DNA of 64,000 nt, taken from the human T2T-CHM13v2.0 reference genome, Homo sapiens. The stretch is taken from NCBI RefSeq assembly GCF_009914755.1, contig NC_060928.1; one strand, 5' to 3'. Below the pieces are notes generated by a model, which worked only from the letters and a program-made list of their open reading frames with translations, searched no databases and had not been told where the DNA came from. Numbering within the stretch: the stretch's first letter is position 1; every line of letters begins with the position of its first letter. A program made the position numbers and the translations under genes. Positions 1 to 16,571 of this stretch are shown here, in pieces.

Positions 1-109
1 AAAGCAAACGCTTAAAAAGTTCATTTGGCTTCTTCTAGTGTTTATATTCCTTGATAAGTGATCCTCTACTGTACTCCTACAACTAATTAGATGACACATT
101 ATACATGTA

Positions 110-310
110 GTATCTTAGGTGCTTTACGTATTATTACACATTGTTTCATTTAATCATCAAAATGACTTAATGAAATAATCTTATTTTCTTCATTACAGAT
201 TAAGAAATTGAGGTTCAAAGGGGAAAATAAATTTATCCAAAGTCAGATAATGACTTTGGGTATTAAATCTCAGAGCATGTAACTCCAGAGATTATCTGTT
301 TTCTGAAACA
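110..310 (-). mobile_element. MIR SINE fragment
   Basis: Degenerate MIR core 'cattacagattaagaaattgaggttcaaagggg'. Confidence 0.6.
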
Positions 311-443
311 GCATACTATTTCTCTGGACTCATGCAGGTTCCTGTCTTTTTTTTTTTTTTTTGTCATAATCCTGGATAATGGGAATATTTTATGTGTTTG
401 TGTGTGTGTATGTACATGTGGGTATGTATTTTGTGCACTAAAT

Positions 444-665
444 TAGGGTCAGGGTCATAGTAGGTAGTAGATAATTCATTCACTCAAAAGGGTTTAACTT
501 AAGAATGTAGTGAAGAGATTACCTACAGATATATGGGTGGGGCTAAGGATCCCAACAGAATGGTGAGGCATCCAGAGACTAGCCATAGTAGGACACCATT
601 GCCACTCTTAGGTCTGAAGGTGCCAAGGGAGGGAATTTTGTCACAAGAGCCTGGTGAGATGTTAG
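444..665. mobile_element. Ancient LTR fragment (family uncertain)
   Basis: Visibly homologous to the element at 5238-6250 ('cagggtc...tacagat/gg...atggtgaggca...accactc.tag..ctgaagg'). Confidence 0.4.
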
Positions 666-720
666 CCACCTACTTAGGTAAGTTACCTGTTCTTTATTAT
701 CTTGCTTACACATTGTCTCA

Positions 721-1034
721 TACCAGTCTGTGGCCTATTAGAAACTGGAACACACAGCAGGAGGTGAACACAGGCAAGTGAGCATTAACACTTGAGCTCA
801 CCTTCTGTCAGATAAGCCACAGCATTAGGCTCTCATAGGAAGGTGAACCCTGTCATGAACTGCACATACGAGGGATCTAGGTTGTGCGCTCCTTATGAGA
901 ATCTAACGCCTGATGATCTGAGGTGGAAAAGTTTCATCCTAAACCATCAGCAACATCCACCCCCTCACCCCATCCATGGAAAAATTGTCTTTCACAAAAC
1001 TGGTCCCTGCTGCCAAAAAGGTTGGAGACCACTG
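721..1034 (+). mobile_element. MER1B hAT-Charlie DNA transposon, 5'-truncated
   Basis: 'gagggatctaggttgtgcgctccttatgagaatctaa' and terminal 'gccaaaaaggttggagaccactg' match the MER1B consensus. Confidence 0.85.
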
Positions 1035-1183
1035 TCATACACCGTCTCCATGTAATAATAAAATAATTCTATACAAGTCCAACTTTATGATTTGTAAAAC
1101 ATATAACATCTAGTTCATGACATGCAGATCAGGTTATACAGTTGCTTGGTGTGCCAGGCTTAGGCATTTAATCTCTACTCACC

Positions 1184-3944
<2,761 letters not shown>

Positions 3945-5275
3945 TTGCCCTAGTGGCAAACCAGATGCTAATGGTTTTTAGGGATGCTAATGCTGTCTTC
4001 ACCAATGAATGTCTTGAAGAAGAAGGGTCCACCAGTCCCTCTGGAGGGTAGCATTAGAGAGTGGCTAAGCATATTCAACATAATATATTCACTCCAATAT
4101 TTTCACATTTTTAAGCCCTACACTCCTTTCTCAACACTATGCCAGAGAAGTTCTAGCATCTCAGTCATATTGGATATAGGCTACCACTGAGCCAAGGCTT
4201 TATTTTAAAACACAGGAAATTGTTGGTCCCATTGCCAAGAGCTGGAGGCAACACATTAAATCCCAAATCTCAGGAATGTGCACCCATATTGATGAATCTG
4301 GTCCAATCCAACAGTGTATTTTACTCTCCTTGCTCTAACACCCTTGGAATCTACTTCCATGCAAGATCCCCAGAATTGTCACTATAAATTAGCAAGACCC
4401 TACAATTTCTTCAGTGTCTATACCATCTCCTCTTAGAGCAGACCTTCCCTATCTAGACTGTGCTGTACTATACATCTGGAAGCAAGGGGGAGTGGTAGGG
4501 TGGATCCCTTCAAAATTTGGTACCCCCTCTTGAAGGAAAATGCTAAATGTGAAGGCTGTGAAATTATTTTATGCAGAGGAATTCTGTTCCCTTAGAGAAG
4601 GTGAAAGTTTACTTCAATTGGCAAAGATGATTCAGAGATGTCTGGGGGGATTTACAGTTCTCAGCATGGGCTATTTCTGCCCAAATTTCCCTATACTAAG
4701 TTTGAGAGTCCCAGTACTTTCTGAATGAGGCCCTTAGCTTAGCCTAACTTGATCAGATTGCCTATTTAACTGGTTTTGTAACTCTGTAACCTATACAATC
4801 ATGCCTTGGGCATGAACCTTAACCATATCTTCCTTACAGCTACATTAGACAAGGATTTTCTTTAGGGACATCAAAAAGGCATACTGATTCTCCCCCTAAA
4901 CCTTGATTTTGGAGGATAAAGCTTTACATTCATCTTTTTTAAAAAAAGTTCTCCAAGGCAGTCAGAAGTAGGTATATCACCCCCTATAGATATGTTATTA
5001 CTGTCAAAGCAATAACAACAAATGTCCAGCTACTTCATCTTCCAAACCCTGTTCTCCACTTGGACCCTGTCTCATGCTATTACTGCCGATAATTTGAGTT
5101 AACATAGTGCCTTTTCATGCCATAGCTTACCAATGGCATATTTTCTCTTGTTAAGAAGATTATCTGGGACTCATGACAATCAGTCCAGAATCTACTTTGA
5201 GAATCTGTTTCCTGGGGTCATGCCTAACCAATCACTCTGTCAGTCAGGGTCCAAAGAGAAAACATGGCATTCCTA

Positions 5276-5616
<341 letters not shown>

Positions 5617-5656
5617 AGAAAGAAAGAAAGAAAGAGAGAATGAGAGAGAGAGAAAG

Positions 5657-5713
<57 letters not shown>

Positions 5714-5724
5714 AAGAAAGAAAG

Positions 5725-5779
<55 letters not shown>

Positions 5780-5903
5780 AGAAAGGAGGGAGGGAGGGGG
5801 AGGGAAGGGGAGGGAGGGAGGGGAGGGGAGATGGAAGGGAGGGGAGGGGAGGGGGATGGAAGGGAGGGAGGGAGGAAAGGAGGAAGGGAGGAAGGAAGGA
5901 AAA
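5617..5903 (+). repeat. Polypurine (GAAA)n/(GA)n/(GGAG)n compound microsatellite derived from the Alu tail
   Basis: About 285 nt, almost exclusively A/G, directly after the Alu 3' end. Confidence 0.97.
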
Positions 5904-7720
5904 ACAAGTGATGGTGAGGCAATCAGCTTTCTCCAACAATAAGAAGTTGTTACCACTCATAGACCTGAAGGATCAAAAGGAGGGAATCATGTAACCAAGC
6001 CTGGGAAGAAGTTGAGCTCTGAAAGAGCTCTGAAAGAAGCGCTGCCTGACAGGGACTGTCAAAACCATAGCAACATAGGGAGGGAGTGGGAGTATTAATA
6101 CCCTATCCCCATCTCCTTCCAAACCTCTGATCTCCTGATATTGCTATTTCCCATAGGTCAAAATCAAATGATAAGGGAGCAAGGATGATGTGGAGACTAT
6201 CCATTAAGACAGCTCATCTCTCTTCCATTTCCAGGTGAAAGGAAATGAAGAATATGGATACCTGAAATATTTTGCTAAGGCAAACTTCCCATTATAAATG
6301 CTATCTAATTCTTATATATTAAAATAATGTGGATTATCTTTTAAGTACGTTCTCACATTATTAAACCTGTTTTTTTAATCAAAGTCTACTAACATTTTTT
6401 GGTTAAAATTCTGCAATGTTGATAGATTAATACAAGTTAAATGATGATACAGGATGGGGAGGTGGGAGAAAGGAAATGTATTCTAAAGCTTTAGGAAAAA
6501 TATATTTTAAAATGAGATTTGATCAAGATAAAGCTCTAAATTAAATGTTCTGACTACAATTTGACCTTTTTACTTTAGCTTCCTGTAAGGGGAAATGCTC
6601 AGGAGAACATTTGCATATAAATAGTTACTTGAAAATAATGTTTTGATAAGCATAAATGAATATAAAACAACTTCAAAGGTTTCACATCACACTTAAAATG
6701 ATCATGTGTTTAAGGGAGTTAAGAGATACTAGTTGGAAAAAAATAAGGTGCTTTGAATTTGATTCATATTTAGAGAGCAGTTCAAGAATCCCTCTGTAAT
6801 TCAACAAAGCCACTTGTAACAATAGTAATTGTAACATTTTATTGGAAGTAACTCTTAAAGTATCATCTAAATATAAGCCCATGATGTTTTTCTTTAACCT
6901 TGACAGATACACTACTTTGATGAGGTGGAGAAGAAGAATAATTTGGAAAAGGTTAAAGAGAAAATGTGTATATGAAGTAGCCAAAGGTCTCAGGCAGTTG
7001 AGGAGAACATAAAATTTTCTTTCACATTTCCACTTTATACTTCCAGTTTGCAAATATAAAGATTACGTTACCCCTGTAAACAAATAATGTCTATAAAAAG
7101 ATAGGTCAATTAGGAAACTCATGACTTGCATTTTGTTTTATCCTCCAATACTTCAATATTTGTGGCATTACTTAAAAGCTGACATTATCCAACCCAGCCA
7201 TAAAATAAAAACCCTGAGCATAAAAACATATAATAGAAGCTCTAGCAAACTTATTTTCACTTTTTCCCATATTTTTAAGATAATTAAGCCCTAAAACTTT
7301 CAAAATTATTTAAAATCTTTACATACTCCAATTGCCTTAACACTTTTAAAATTCTATCCAGGCTAGTCCTTTATGATTTTAGTTTACTTACAAACATTTT
7401 AATATATTATCTATCCAGACATATTTTTACAAATTTTGGTGAAAATATTTGTTGAGACAGGATAGCAAAAGCAAAACTAAAGTTTAAAAGTTTTTAAATT
7501 GACGTGTACTTTCATAGAGTAAATGCACATATCCCAAGCGCACAGTTTGATGAGATTTGACAAATATGTACACATATATAGCCGATACCACCATTAAGAT
7601 ATAGCATTCCATTACTCCAGAAAGCTTTTTTATGCTTCGACCCAGTTGACTGTCAACTGCCCACCCCGACCCCCACCACAAGAGGCAGTAGCTGATCTGA
7701 TTTCTATCACCATAAATTAG

Positions 7721-8840
7721 TGTTACGGGATCCCTGGGGTGTCCATTTTCTTTCTGGCGACCTCTGTGGCCAGTGGCATGTTTGCACAAGTTCTTGTCCT
7801 GTGTCCAGGAAGAATGAGGTAAGCAGACAAGTGAAGGGTGAAGGAGACAAAGAGGAGCTTTGTTTAGTGTTAGAACAGCTCAGTGGAGAACTGCAGCAGG
7901 TAGCTCCTCTCTGAAGGCAAGTCTCCCCCTCTGGTTGAGTGTTCAGCTCTCAGCAGAGAGGAGGCCCTGGAGAGGGTAGCTCCTCTTCGCCCATTGGTTG
8001 TCCAGTCCTCTGCTGCTTCCAGCAGGGAGGAGGCCCTGGAGAGGGTGGCTCCTCTCCGTCCACTGGTCATTTGGACGTCTCTACAAACCTCTGAAGCTCT
8101 CAGCAGAGAGGATAGCTCCTCTCTGCAGCTGATTGTCCCTTTGTCTCATCTTCTTCCCTCTCTGGCTGAACCCAGGGCTTTTATGGACCTCAGAGGAGAG
8201 GAAGTGTGTGCCCACTGGTCCTTGGGAGGCCATGGGTATCCAGAGGAGGCACCGCAAGTTCCCACTCTGGTCTGTGGGACTGGCAGGCTGGCCCCCAGCC
8301 TTCAGGCCCTCCCTAGCCTGAAGGAGAGGCCTTTACCAGGAACCCACCCCCACCTTCCACCCAGGAATCTGTGTGCCTCACACTGCCATTCATGGTCCTG
8401 GGGCTCAGCCCCAACCCTGCTTAGAGACTGGAGCAGGCACTGGGAGAGGAAAGAGGCCAGGCTGGGAGAGGAGAAAGGCTAAGCAGTGGAGCAGACACCC
8501 CCAGCCTGCAGGCACAGAGGGTATGGGGCTTCCTGGCCCCTGAGGGTGCAAGCTGCAGAGATGCCCAGGTTCTGTGCCTGTGCCTGGGAGGGCAGCGGCA
8601 GCTGCAGCTGCACCTGTGGAGCTCTGCCCCACCAACTCGGAAGGGGCAGGGCTCCCACTTGTCCCCATCTTCTGCCTGCTCCATGGAGCAGGAGGCCTGG
8701 ATCTGCAGCTGGATTTGAGCAGCTGCAGTAGCACCAGGATAGCTCCTGCTCCAACTCAGAAGGGGCGGGGCTCCCACTGGCTCCTCGGAGCGTGCAGTCC
8801 CAGCTGTGCCTCTCTGCTGCAGCCAGCATTATGGTGGCTG
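7721..8840 (-). mobile_element. MER52-family ERV1 solo LTR
   Basis: Begins tgttacgggatccctggggtgtc; GC-rich with internal 'ctctcagcagagag...gtagctcctct' repeats; splits the L1 at ...cataaattag|ttttgcc; far end slightly eroded. Confidence 0.8.
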
Positions 8841-9080
8841 AGTTTTGCCTGTTTTAGAACTTCATATTAGTAGAATCATACTGTATACTCCTTTGTGTCT
8901 GTGCTTTTTTTCATTCATAATGTTTCATGCGTCAGTAGCTCATCCCTTTTCATTGTCAATTTGTTATATGACTATTCCACTATGTCTTTGTCCACTTTTC
9001 TGTTGCGTAATATTTCAGTTGCTTCCAGTTTTTTGTTATTATGATGAAACTATGACTAAAAATATATTTTGGTCCTATAC

Positions 9081-9302
9081 ATAGGTATGATGGAGCTAAC
9101 TCTCACTGGCTCAGTAGAGCTGATAATGGGTATCTCTTCCTAACTCTGTGTTCAGTGACATTATGTTGGTAGCTTAACATTGGCCACAGTGGGAGTATTT
9201 ATGCCACAGAAATTGGCAATACTACAAATCAGGCTTTAAAATTTTTTCACTTTTATTAATTAATTTTAAAGTGGTGGTTAAACATTTATCAGAATACCAC
9301 TG
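9081..9302. mobile_element. MER63 hAT-Blackjack DNA transposon
   Basis: 'gttggtagcttaacattggccacagtgggagtatttatgccacagaaattggc' and end 'aaacatttatcagaataccactg'. Confidence 0.75.
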
Positions 9303-10852
9303 GATATATGTTTTCTTTCTTTTGAGTAGACACCTAGGAGTGGAATTGCTAAGTCCTATGTTCAACTTTATAAAGTTGATAGTTTTTCAAACTAGTATCA
9401 TTTTACACTCTATCCAACAATGTGTGAGAGTTATAATCATTCTACATCGTCGCCAGCACTTGATGTTGTTATTCATGAAAGATATCTGAAAATATCTTTA
9501 TTTGCCTTTACTTTTAAAGAAAACTTTTGCTGGATTTAGAATTCTAATTTAATAATTTATTTTTTAGCATTTTAAAACTGCCATTCCAACTGTAGTGGTA
9601 TCTCATTGTGGTTTTAATTTGCATTTATCAATAACTTTTGTGCTGAACATTTTTTCTGTGGGTATCGACCAGTGTATATCTTCTTTTGTCAACTTTCTGT
9701 TAAAGTTCTTTGCCCATTAATTTTATTGTGCTGTTTGTATTAGTGAGTCATAGAACTTCTATATATATATTCTGGATAGAAGTCTTTATCAGATATGTCT
9801 TGTGAATATTTTCTCATCTTTTCACATGTTGACAGTATCTTTTGATGATAGCAAATCTTGAAATAAGTAGTATAATCAATTTTGTTCTATTACAAGATTG
9901 TTTAAACTCTTCTAGATTATTCATATTTCCATATATAGTTTAGAATCAACTAGAAGTTGACTGGGATTGCATTGGGCCTATAGATTAATTTGAGGAGATT
10001 TGAAACCAGCATTGTGCATCTGCTTGACATCTGTATCTTTCAGTCTATGCACATGGGATTCATAGATTGAATCTGTTTTTTAAGATCTCTGTTTTTAAAG
10101 ACCTTCTTTCATTTCTCTCAGAAGTGTTTCATAGTTTTTAGCCAAGAAGTTATCATATCTTTTGTTACATTTATCCCTAAACATTTATGTGCCTTAATGT
10201 CTATCTAATGTCTATCTAGAGATGTTCATTCTTTGAGTTCTAATATTTGTCATTTGTATTATTTTCTCTCTTTTTTCTTCAGTCTAGTATAAGGCTTATC
10301 AAATTCATTAATGTTTCCAAAAAGCCAACTTTTGTTTTCATGGATTTTTCTGTATTGTGGGTCCCTTTTTAAAAAAAAAATTGATTGCTGCTCATAAATG
10401 AACAAATATTCTTTCAACTTAATTTCAGTTTAGTTTATGCCTGTTTTTTATCTTCTCTAAGTGAAAACATAAAACATGTATTTTAAATATTTTCTTATGT
10501 TTTAACATAAGCATTTAAAGCTGTATGTTTTACGTTAAGCACTGTTTTTAGCTATCTCTCAAATTATTTTCTAATCTTTTCTGGATTCTCTTACTTAAAA
10601 TTATAGTATTTAGAAGTGGTTGCTTAAGTCCTAAACATGTAAGAACTTCTTTCTGATATGCTTTTCATTTACTTTTAATTTAATTCCATGTTAGTCAGAT
10701 AACATGATTTTTAATATCTCTGTTTTGAAAGATCTTTCCTTTCTCCCAGCAATGTTTCATAGTTTTTAGCCAAGAAGGTATCATATCTTTTGTTAAATTT
10801 ATGCCTAAACATTTATGGGAAATACTATACAGACATAGTATCCCACTTCAGA

Positions 10853-11159
10853 GCCAGGTGCGGTGGCTCACGCCTGTAATCTCAGCACTTTGGGAGGCCG
10901 AGGCGGGCGGATCACCTGAGGTCAGGAGTTCGAGAGCAGCCTGGCCAACATGGTGAAATCCCATCTCTACTAAAAATACAAAAATTAGCCAGGTGTGGTG
11001 GTTGGCACCTGTAATCATGGCTACTCAGGAGGCTGGGGCCTGAGACTTGCTTGAACTCGGGAGGTGGGGGTTGCAGTGAGCCAAGATCATGCCACTGCAC
11101 TCCAGCTAAGGCAACAGAGCAAGATTCCATTTCAAAAATAAATAAATAAATAAATAAAA
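10853..11159 (+). mobile_element. AluSx/Sz
   Basis: Full dimer with (AAAT)n tail. Confidence 0.95.
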
Positions 11160-14104
11160 CATACTCTGGAATACTCCAATTCTTTAAAATTTATTAAACC
11201 TTATTTTATGACCCAGTGCATGGCTCAGGTGTTGGATGTAGTGTTCTGTTAATGTCAGTTAGACTAAGTTGGTTGATAGTGTGGTCCAAATCAACATGCT
11301 TACTATTGTTTGTCTTTTATGCTTCCGTTACTGAGGGAGGAGTGCTACACTATCCAACCGCAATTGTAGGTTTGTCTATTTTTCTATTACCTTTGCCAGT
11401 TGTTGCTTCATTTATTTTAAAGTTCTATCATAAAGTACATACACTTTTAGCATGGTTATGTCTTCTTAATGTATTAACTGTTTTATCAAAATAAAATGTC
11501 TCTTTAGTGCTGGTAATATGCCTTGTTCTGAAGTGGGATACTATGTCTGATATTAATATAGCCTTTTCCAGCTCTTTATGATTAATGTTTACATGGTACA
11601 TCTTTTTTTTTTTCCACTCTTTTACTTTTAACTTACGTATGTCTTTATGTTTGAGGAGAATTCCTTGAAACAGCATCTAATTAATTAGGTCTTGCCTCTA
11701 TGCCTTTTGATTGATTGTTTAGTACCTGTGCACTTAACGTAATTCCTGATATGGTTAGGTTTAAGTCTACCACTTTACTATTTGTTTTCTAATTGGCCCA
11801 TTTATCCCTTTTCTTTTTCCATCTTTTCCTTCCTTCATTTTAATTAAGCACTTCTTAGTATTACACTTCATCTCCTTTTTTCACTTATTATTTCATTGTT
11901 TCATTTATTTAGTTGTTTCCATAGGGAATACAATATACATTATTAACCTATCATAGTGTAACTTAAATTGATAGTATACCACTTTATATATAATGTAAAA
12001 ACCATATATAAATATAATTCCACTTACCCTCCCCTCTTCTTTGTACCATTTGTCATATATTTTACTTCTATACATTATGAATCCCACAACACATTGTTAT
12101 TACTTATGCTTCAAGCAGTCAGTTTTTTTAAAGAAATGAAGGAAATAGAAAATTGTGTAGTGCTCTTTCATTCATTCATGTAGATTTGAGTTTCTGCCAG
12201 GTACAATTTCCCCTTAACTGGAATGAGCTTATTTAACATTTCTTCTGGTGCAGGTCATCACTTTTGTTATCTGAAAATATCTTTATTTGCCTTACTTTTG
12301 AAGAAAACTTTTGCTGGATTTAGACTTCTAATTTAATAGTTTATTTTTTAGCATTTTAAAACTGCCATTCCATTGTTTTCTGGGTTGTATTGTTTCTGAT
12401 GAGAAATTAATGGTTATTCTATTGTTACTTTCTTATATGTAATATGTTTTTTCTTCTAGATGTTTTGGAATGTTTATTTTTAATTTAATTTAAAGCAATT
12501 GTACTATGATATGCCTAGATGTGGTTTTCTTTGTGTTTATGCAGTTTTGTGGTTCATTCCTCAATTATGGCTTGATTCAGAAGTTGGGATTTTCAAAACC
12601 AAGTTTCTAAATGTTCACTTCTTGCTGAGAAAATAAATTAATGTCTTCAGGGGCATTAGTTATTTGGTGCTGAACAATATACTCTGTGGATTTGTGTTTT
12701 TCATTAAATTTGGGGAATTTTTGAACTGTTATTTCTTTTAACATGTTTTTTTCTTGTCGAAATCTCTTTTTCTTTCTAGGACTTCTATTCCACATATGTT
12801 AGAGGACTTTATAATAATCCACAGGTCACTGAAGCTATGTATATGTATATTTAGTCAGTCTTTTTTCTTTTTGCATTCTGTTCTTTAATTTGGATAGTTT
12901 CTATTTACCTGTCTTCAAGATCTTTTCTTTTACAGTATTCAAACTGCTGTTACAGTTAGCAAATTTTTAACTTTCAGATAATACATATTTTTAATTCTGT
13001 GATTTTCATTTGTTTCTGTCTCTTTGGTTTCTATTTATTTGCTGAGATTCCACATCTGTTCATCTGAAGTCTTTGTTTACTAATTCCACAATGAATGTCA
13101 TCTCTAGGTTTGTTTCTATTGCCATTTCTTCCTCATATTTTTAAAAAATTCTCCATACGGCTAGTAATTTTTAATTTTTAAGCCTGACATGGGATGCTAT
13201 ATTGTTGAGCTTCTGAATTTATTTGTCTTCCTATGAAGAATATTGGATCTTATTCTGGCAGAGGATTAAGTTACTGGCAGCTCAGCTTGATTCTGCTGAG
13301 GGGCTTGGTTTTCAGCTTTGTTAGAGTAGGCCTAGAGTACACTTATGCCAGGGCTAGAGTAGTCCCTACTCCTAAATCATGATCTTTCTGGGGCTTCAAT
13401 TTTGGGTTGTTGGCATTCCCCTGTCTCTCAGCACTATGTATTCTCTAGTATTTCCATTTAAGCCACAAAAAGCAGCCCAAAGTATCTGCTTTTTCCTAGG
13501 CCTCTTTGAATTGTACCATATGCATGCACAGGCATTCAGTCAAAGACTTAACAGAGGATATTGATGCAGATTCCTGGGGACTCTTGTCTGCTAAGCTCCT
13601 TTATTTCTGGTAACCTGAGATGCAAATTTCAGCTCCTTCAGTAGTCCTAAATTTCAATCTCCCTTTTATATGGCCAGCAAGACTGTTGCTGTCTGCTTAA
13701 ACTCCACTTTTTGGGGTCACAGTTTGGAAATTACTCTCAGATAGTAAACTATAGTAAGTAAGGCATCCACCTATGCTTTATGTCTCTCTCAAGGATTATA
13801 GCCCTTGGCTGTCTGTTGACCAAAGCCTGGAAAAACTTGATTAATATATCTTATACAGTCTCACATATGTAAAAGTGGGAGAATAAGTCTAATATCTATT
13901 CCTTCCATCATGTCCAGGGCCAGAAGTTGGATTTTCAAAAATGTTCCCCACCAGCAATCTCTTCCAATTCCAGTTCCTTTCATAGACTGGTATTAGTGGA
14001 ATGTTAGTTCAGCTTATTTGACAAGGACATGAAAAATGTTGGTCCACAAGACAGAAGCTTATTTCTGTTCCATGTAAATTCCTACTTGAATGGGAAGTTC
14101 CTTC

Positions 14105-14422
14105 TGTAAAGTTGCCAGGGGTCTGAAGTCCTTCTCTCTTGTGGATCTACTACTCCTCGAATCATGCTTATCTGAGAGGGCTCACTACTTTGCTCTTACT
14201 CTAATTTGTTGGAAGGGAGAAAAGCAGAAGGAAAGAGTACACCCTTTTCCTTGAAAAACATGAGCCATAAGCAGCACATTACTCAAACCCCAGAGCTTAG
14301 TCTACAATGGGGGCTGGGAAATGGACTTTTCATTCTGTACAACCATGGTCCCAGCTAACACTCAGGAGTTCTCTTATTAAAAAAGAAAGAAGAGATATTA
14401 AATACAAGTAGTATCACTGCCA
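14105..14422. mobile_element. MLT1J/K-like MaLR LTR fragment
   Basis: 'gggggctgggaaatgga...cccagctaacactcaggagttct...tcactgcca' resembles the MLT1K terminus. Confidence 0.5.
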
Positions 14423-15128
14423 TGACACTACTTTCATTAGTGGATATGTATCTTAGAGACTCAGTAAAATACCATATTCTGTTCTTTTATTTAAATTAGA
14501 TGTCAAGTTTCTATCTAGTTGAACTGGTGGAAAGTTCAACTTCACTCATTCTTAGCAGCCACTTCCCCGGCTGTGATTGTGCTGAGTGTCTAGGGGAGTA
14601 TCAAGTTTTGGGAAGTCCCTCAAGTCATCGGTCATGAGGCTACACTGATTTCTGCTAAGATTGTAGCCCCAGCCTGTAGAGCTGCAGAGATCCTTCAATT
14701 TGATGCTCTGCTGCTCCTCGCCTCTCTTGGCATACAATATCTTCAATGAGCTACAGCCACAAGCCTAGGATCCTGCATGTCACATGCAGCATATGTCCAT
14801 TTATCTGTACTGCTCTCAAACCATCAGCCTCAATCTAGTTCTCAATCCAGAAGAAAACTTTCTTTTTAGCCTGGGAAATCTCTCTCTCCTTCTCTCTCTC
14901 TCTTTTTCTCTTTGTATGTCTTGTTGTCCAAGAACCACCTCCTCAAACTATTCTTTCAGTGAATTTAGGGTTTTAAAAACAAAAGCCAGGAAGTCATGTC
15001 TCAAACTCTCCTCAAGGCAAGGAACATGTGAACCTCTTACCTATATGAATAGGGGAAGGGAAGAGGGAAAATAATGGGTAAAAACATACATTATTAACTA
15101 AAAGAAAAATACCACCAGAGTAGAGTGA

Positions 15129-15533
<405 letters not shown>

Positions 15534-16117
15534 TAGTTCCCCATTTTCTCCCCACCCCATCTCTTCATCACCTTGACATCCTAGTGAACAGCCAGATCCG
15601 CCTTCACTTAACAGCATAACTTGTCAGCAGGGAAAGTATGCCTTTTACAATTTGGATTCAATGAATGCATTTTTAGCTTCATCTTGTGCCAAACTGAAAC
15701 TTTTCTATTTTGCTTTGTGACATTTTTTGCCTTTTATACTTCCAATTTCTTCTGCTTGATATCTCCTACATGGCCTGCTTTCCAATATTTCATCATGAAA
15801 ATTTCTGTTCATACTTCAAGTCTGGCTAGAACACTGTTTCTGCTGGGAAGTTTCCCCTAGTACTTCCAGGCATCTTGGAGTATTTAGGTACCTGAGCCCT
15901 TTACAGTGCGCTCATGCACAGTTGAAGGCTCCCAGTAAATGAGACTCCTGTTCCAGACCCCCACTGCCTCTTAGTCTAAACAACACCTAGAATACTCATT
16001 GTTAAATGCCTGTTTCATGCACTGGATTGTGATCCTTTCAAGGGCAACATGATATCTTATCACAGATGTGTTCTTGCCTGACAGTATACGTGGCACATGA
16101 AGGTGCTGAAAGACACT

Positions 16118-16571
16118 GTATTAGTTTCCTAGGGCTGCTGTAACAAATTACCACAAACTGGTAACAACACAAATTGATTCTCTCCTAGTTCGGGAGGCTA
16201 GAAGTAGGAAGTCAAGGCTCTCAAGGGTCTCCCACTCTCTGTCTAGGGGAGAATACTTGCTTGCCTCTGCCAGCTTCTCACAGCACCTGCTGTTCCTTGG
16301 TTTGTGACTGCACACCTCCAGTCACTGCCTGTATCTTCACACAGGCTTCTCTTCCCTCTCTCCCTCTCTCTCTCTCTCTCTCTGTCTCTCTCTGTCTCTC
16401 TGTCTTCTCTTCTGCCTTTTATAAAGACACTTGTTGTTGGATTTAGGGCCCAGATGTAATCCAGGATGATGTTATCTCAAGACTCTTAACTATGTCTGCT
16501 GCAAAGACCCTTTTTCCAAAGAAGGCCACATTCACAGGTTCCAGTACACATATCTTTAGGCAGCCCACTAA
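16118..16571 (-). mobile_element. MLT1B/C LTR with internal (CT)n, inserted in an L2 3' remnant
   Basis: tgtattagtttcctagggctgctgtaacaaattaccacaaactgg start; 'gcaaagaccctttttccaaa'. Confidence 0.8.

Larger units (their letters stand above)
7484..13930 (-). mobile_element. Old L1M (L1ME/MC/MD-type) LINE, fragmented and rearranged
   Basis: T-rich antisense L1 motifs from the 3'UTR ('ttttgcctgttttagaacttcatat', 'gtggtatctcattgtggttttaatttgcatt') through ORF2/ORF1 remnants; interrupted by MER52, MER63 and Alu. Confidence 0.8.

Noticed and set aside
6682-7053. 123-aa minus-strand ORF in AT-rich DNA
   Set aside because: Non-ATG start, low-complexity composition, no recognisable domain.
7960-8130. 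Repeated 'ctctcagcagagag..gtagctcctct' units resembling a spaced array
   Set aside because: Intrinsic MER52 internal repeats, also present in the second copy; not CRISPR-like.
7720-8870. Cluster of GC-rich ORFs suggesting a gene or CpG island
   Set aside because: All lie within a MER52 LTR; the same applies to 55559-56871.
14552-14746. 64-aa minus-strand ORF with plausible composition
   Set aside because: Non-ATG start, no recognisable homology or splice context; possibly an old LTR remnant.
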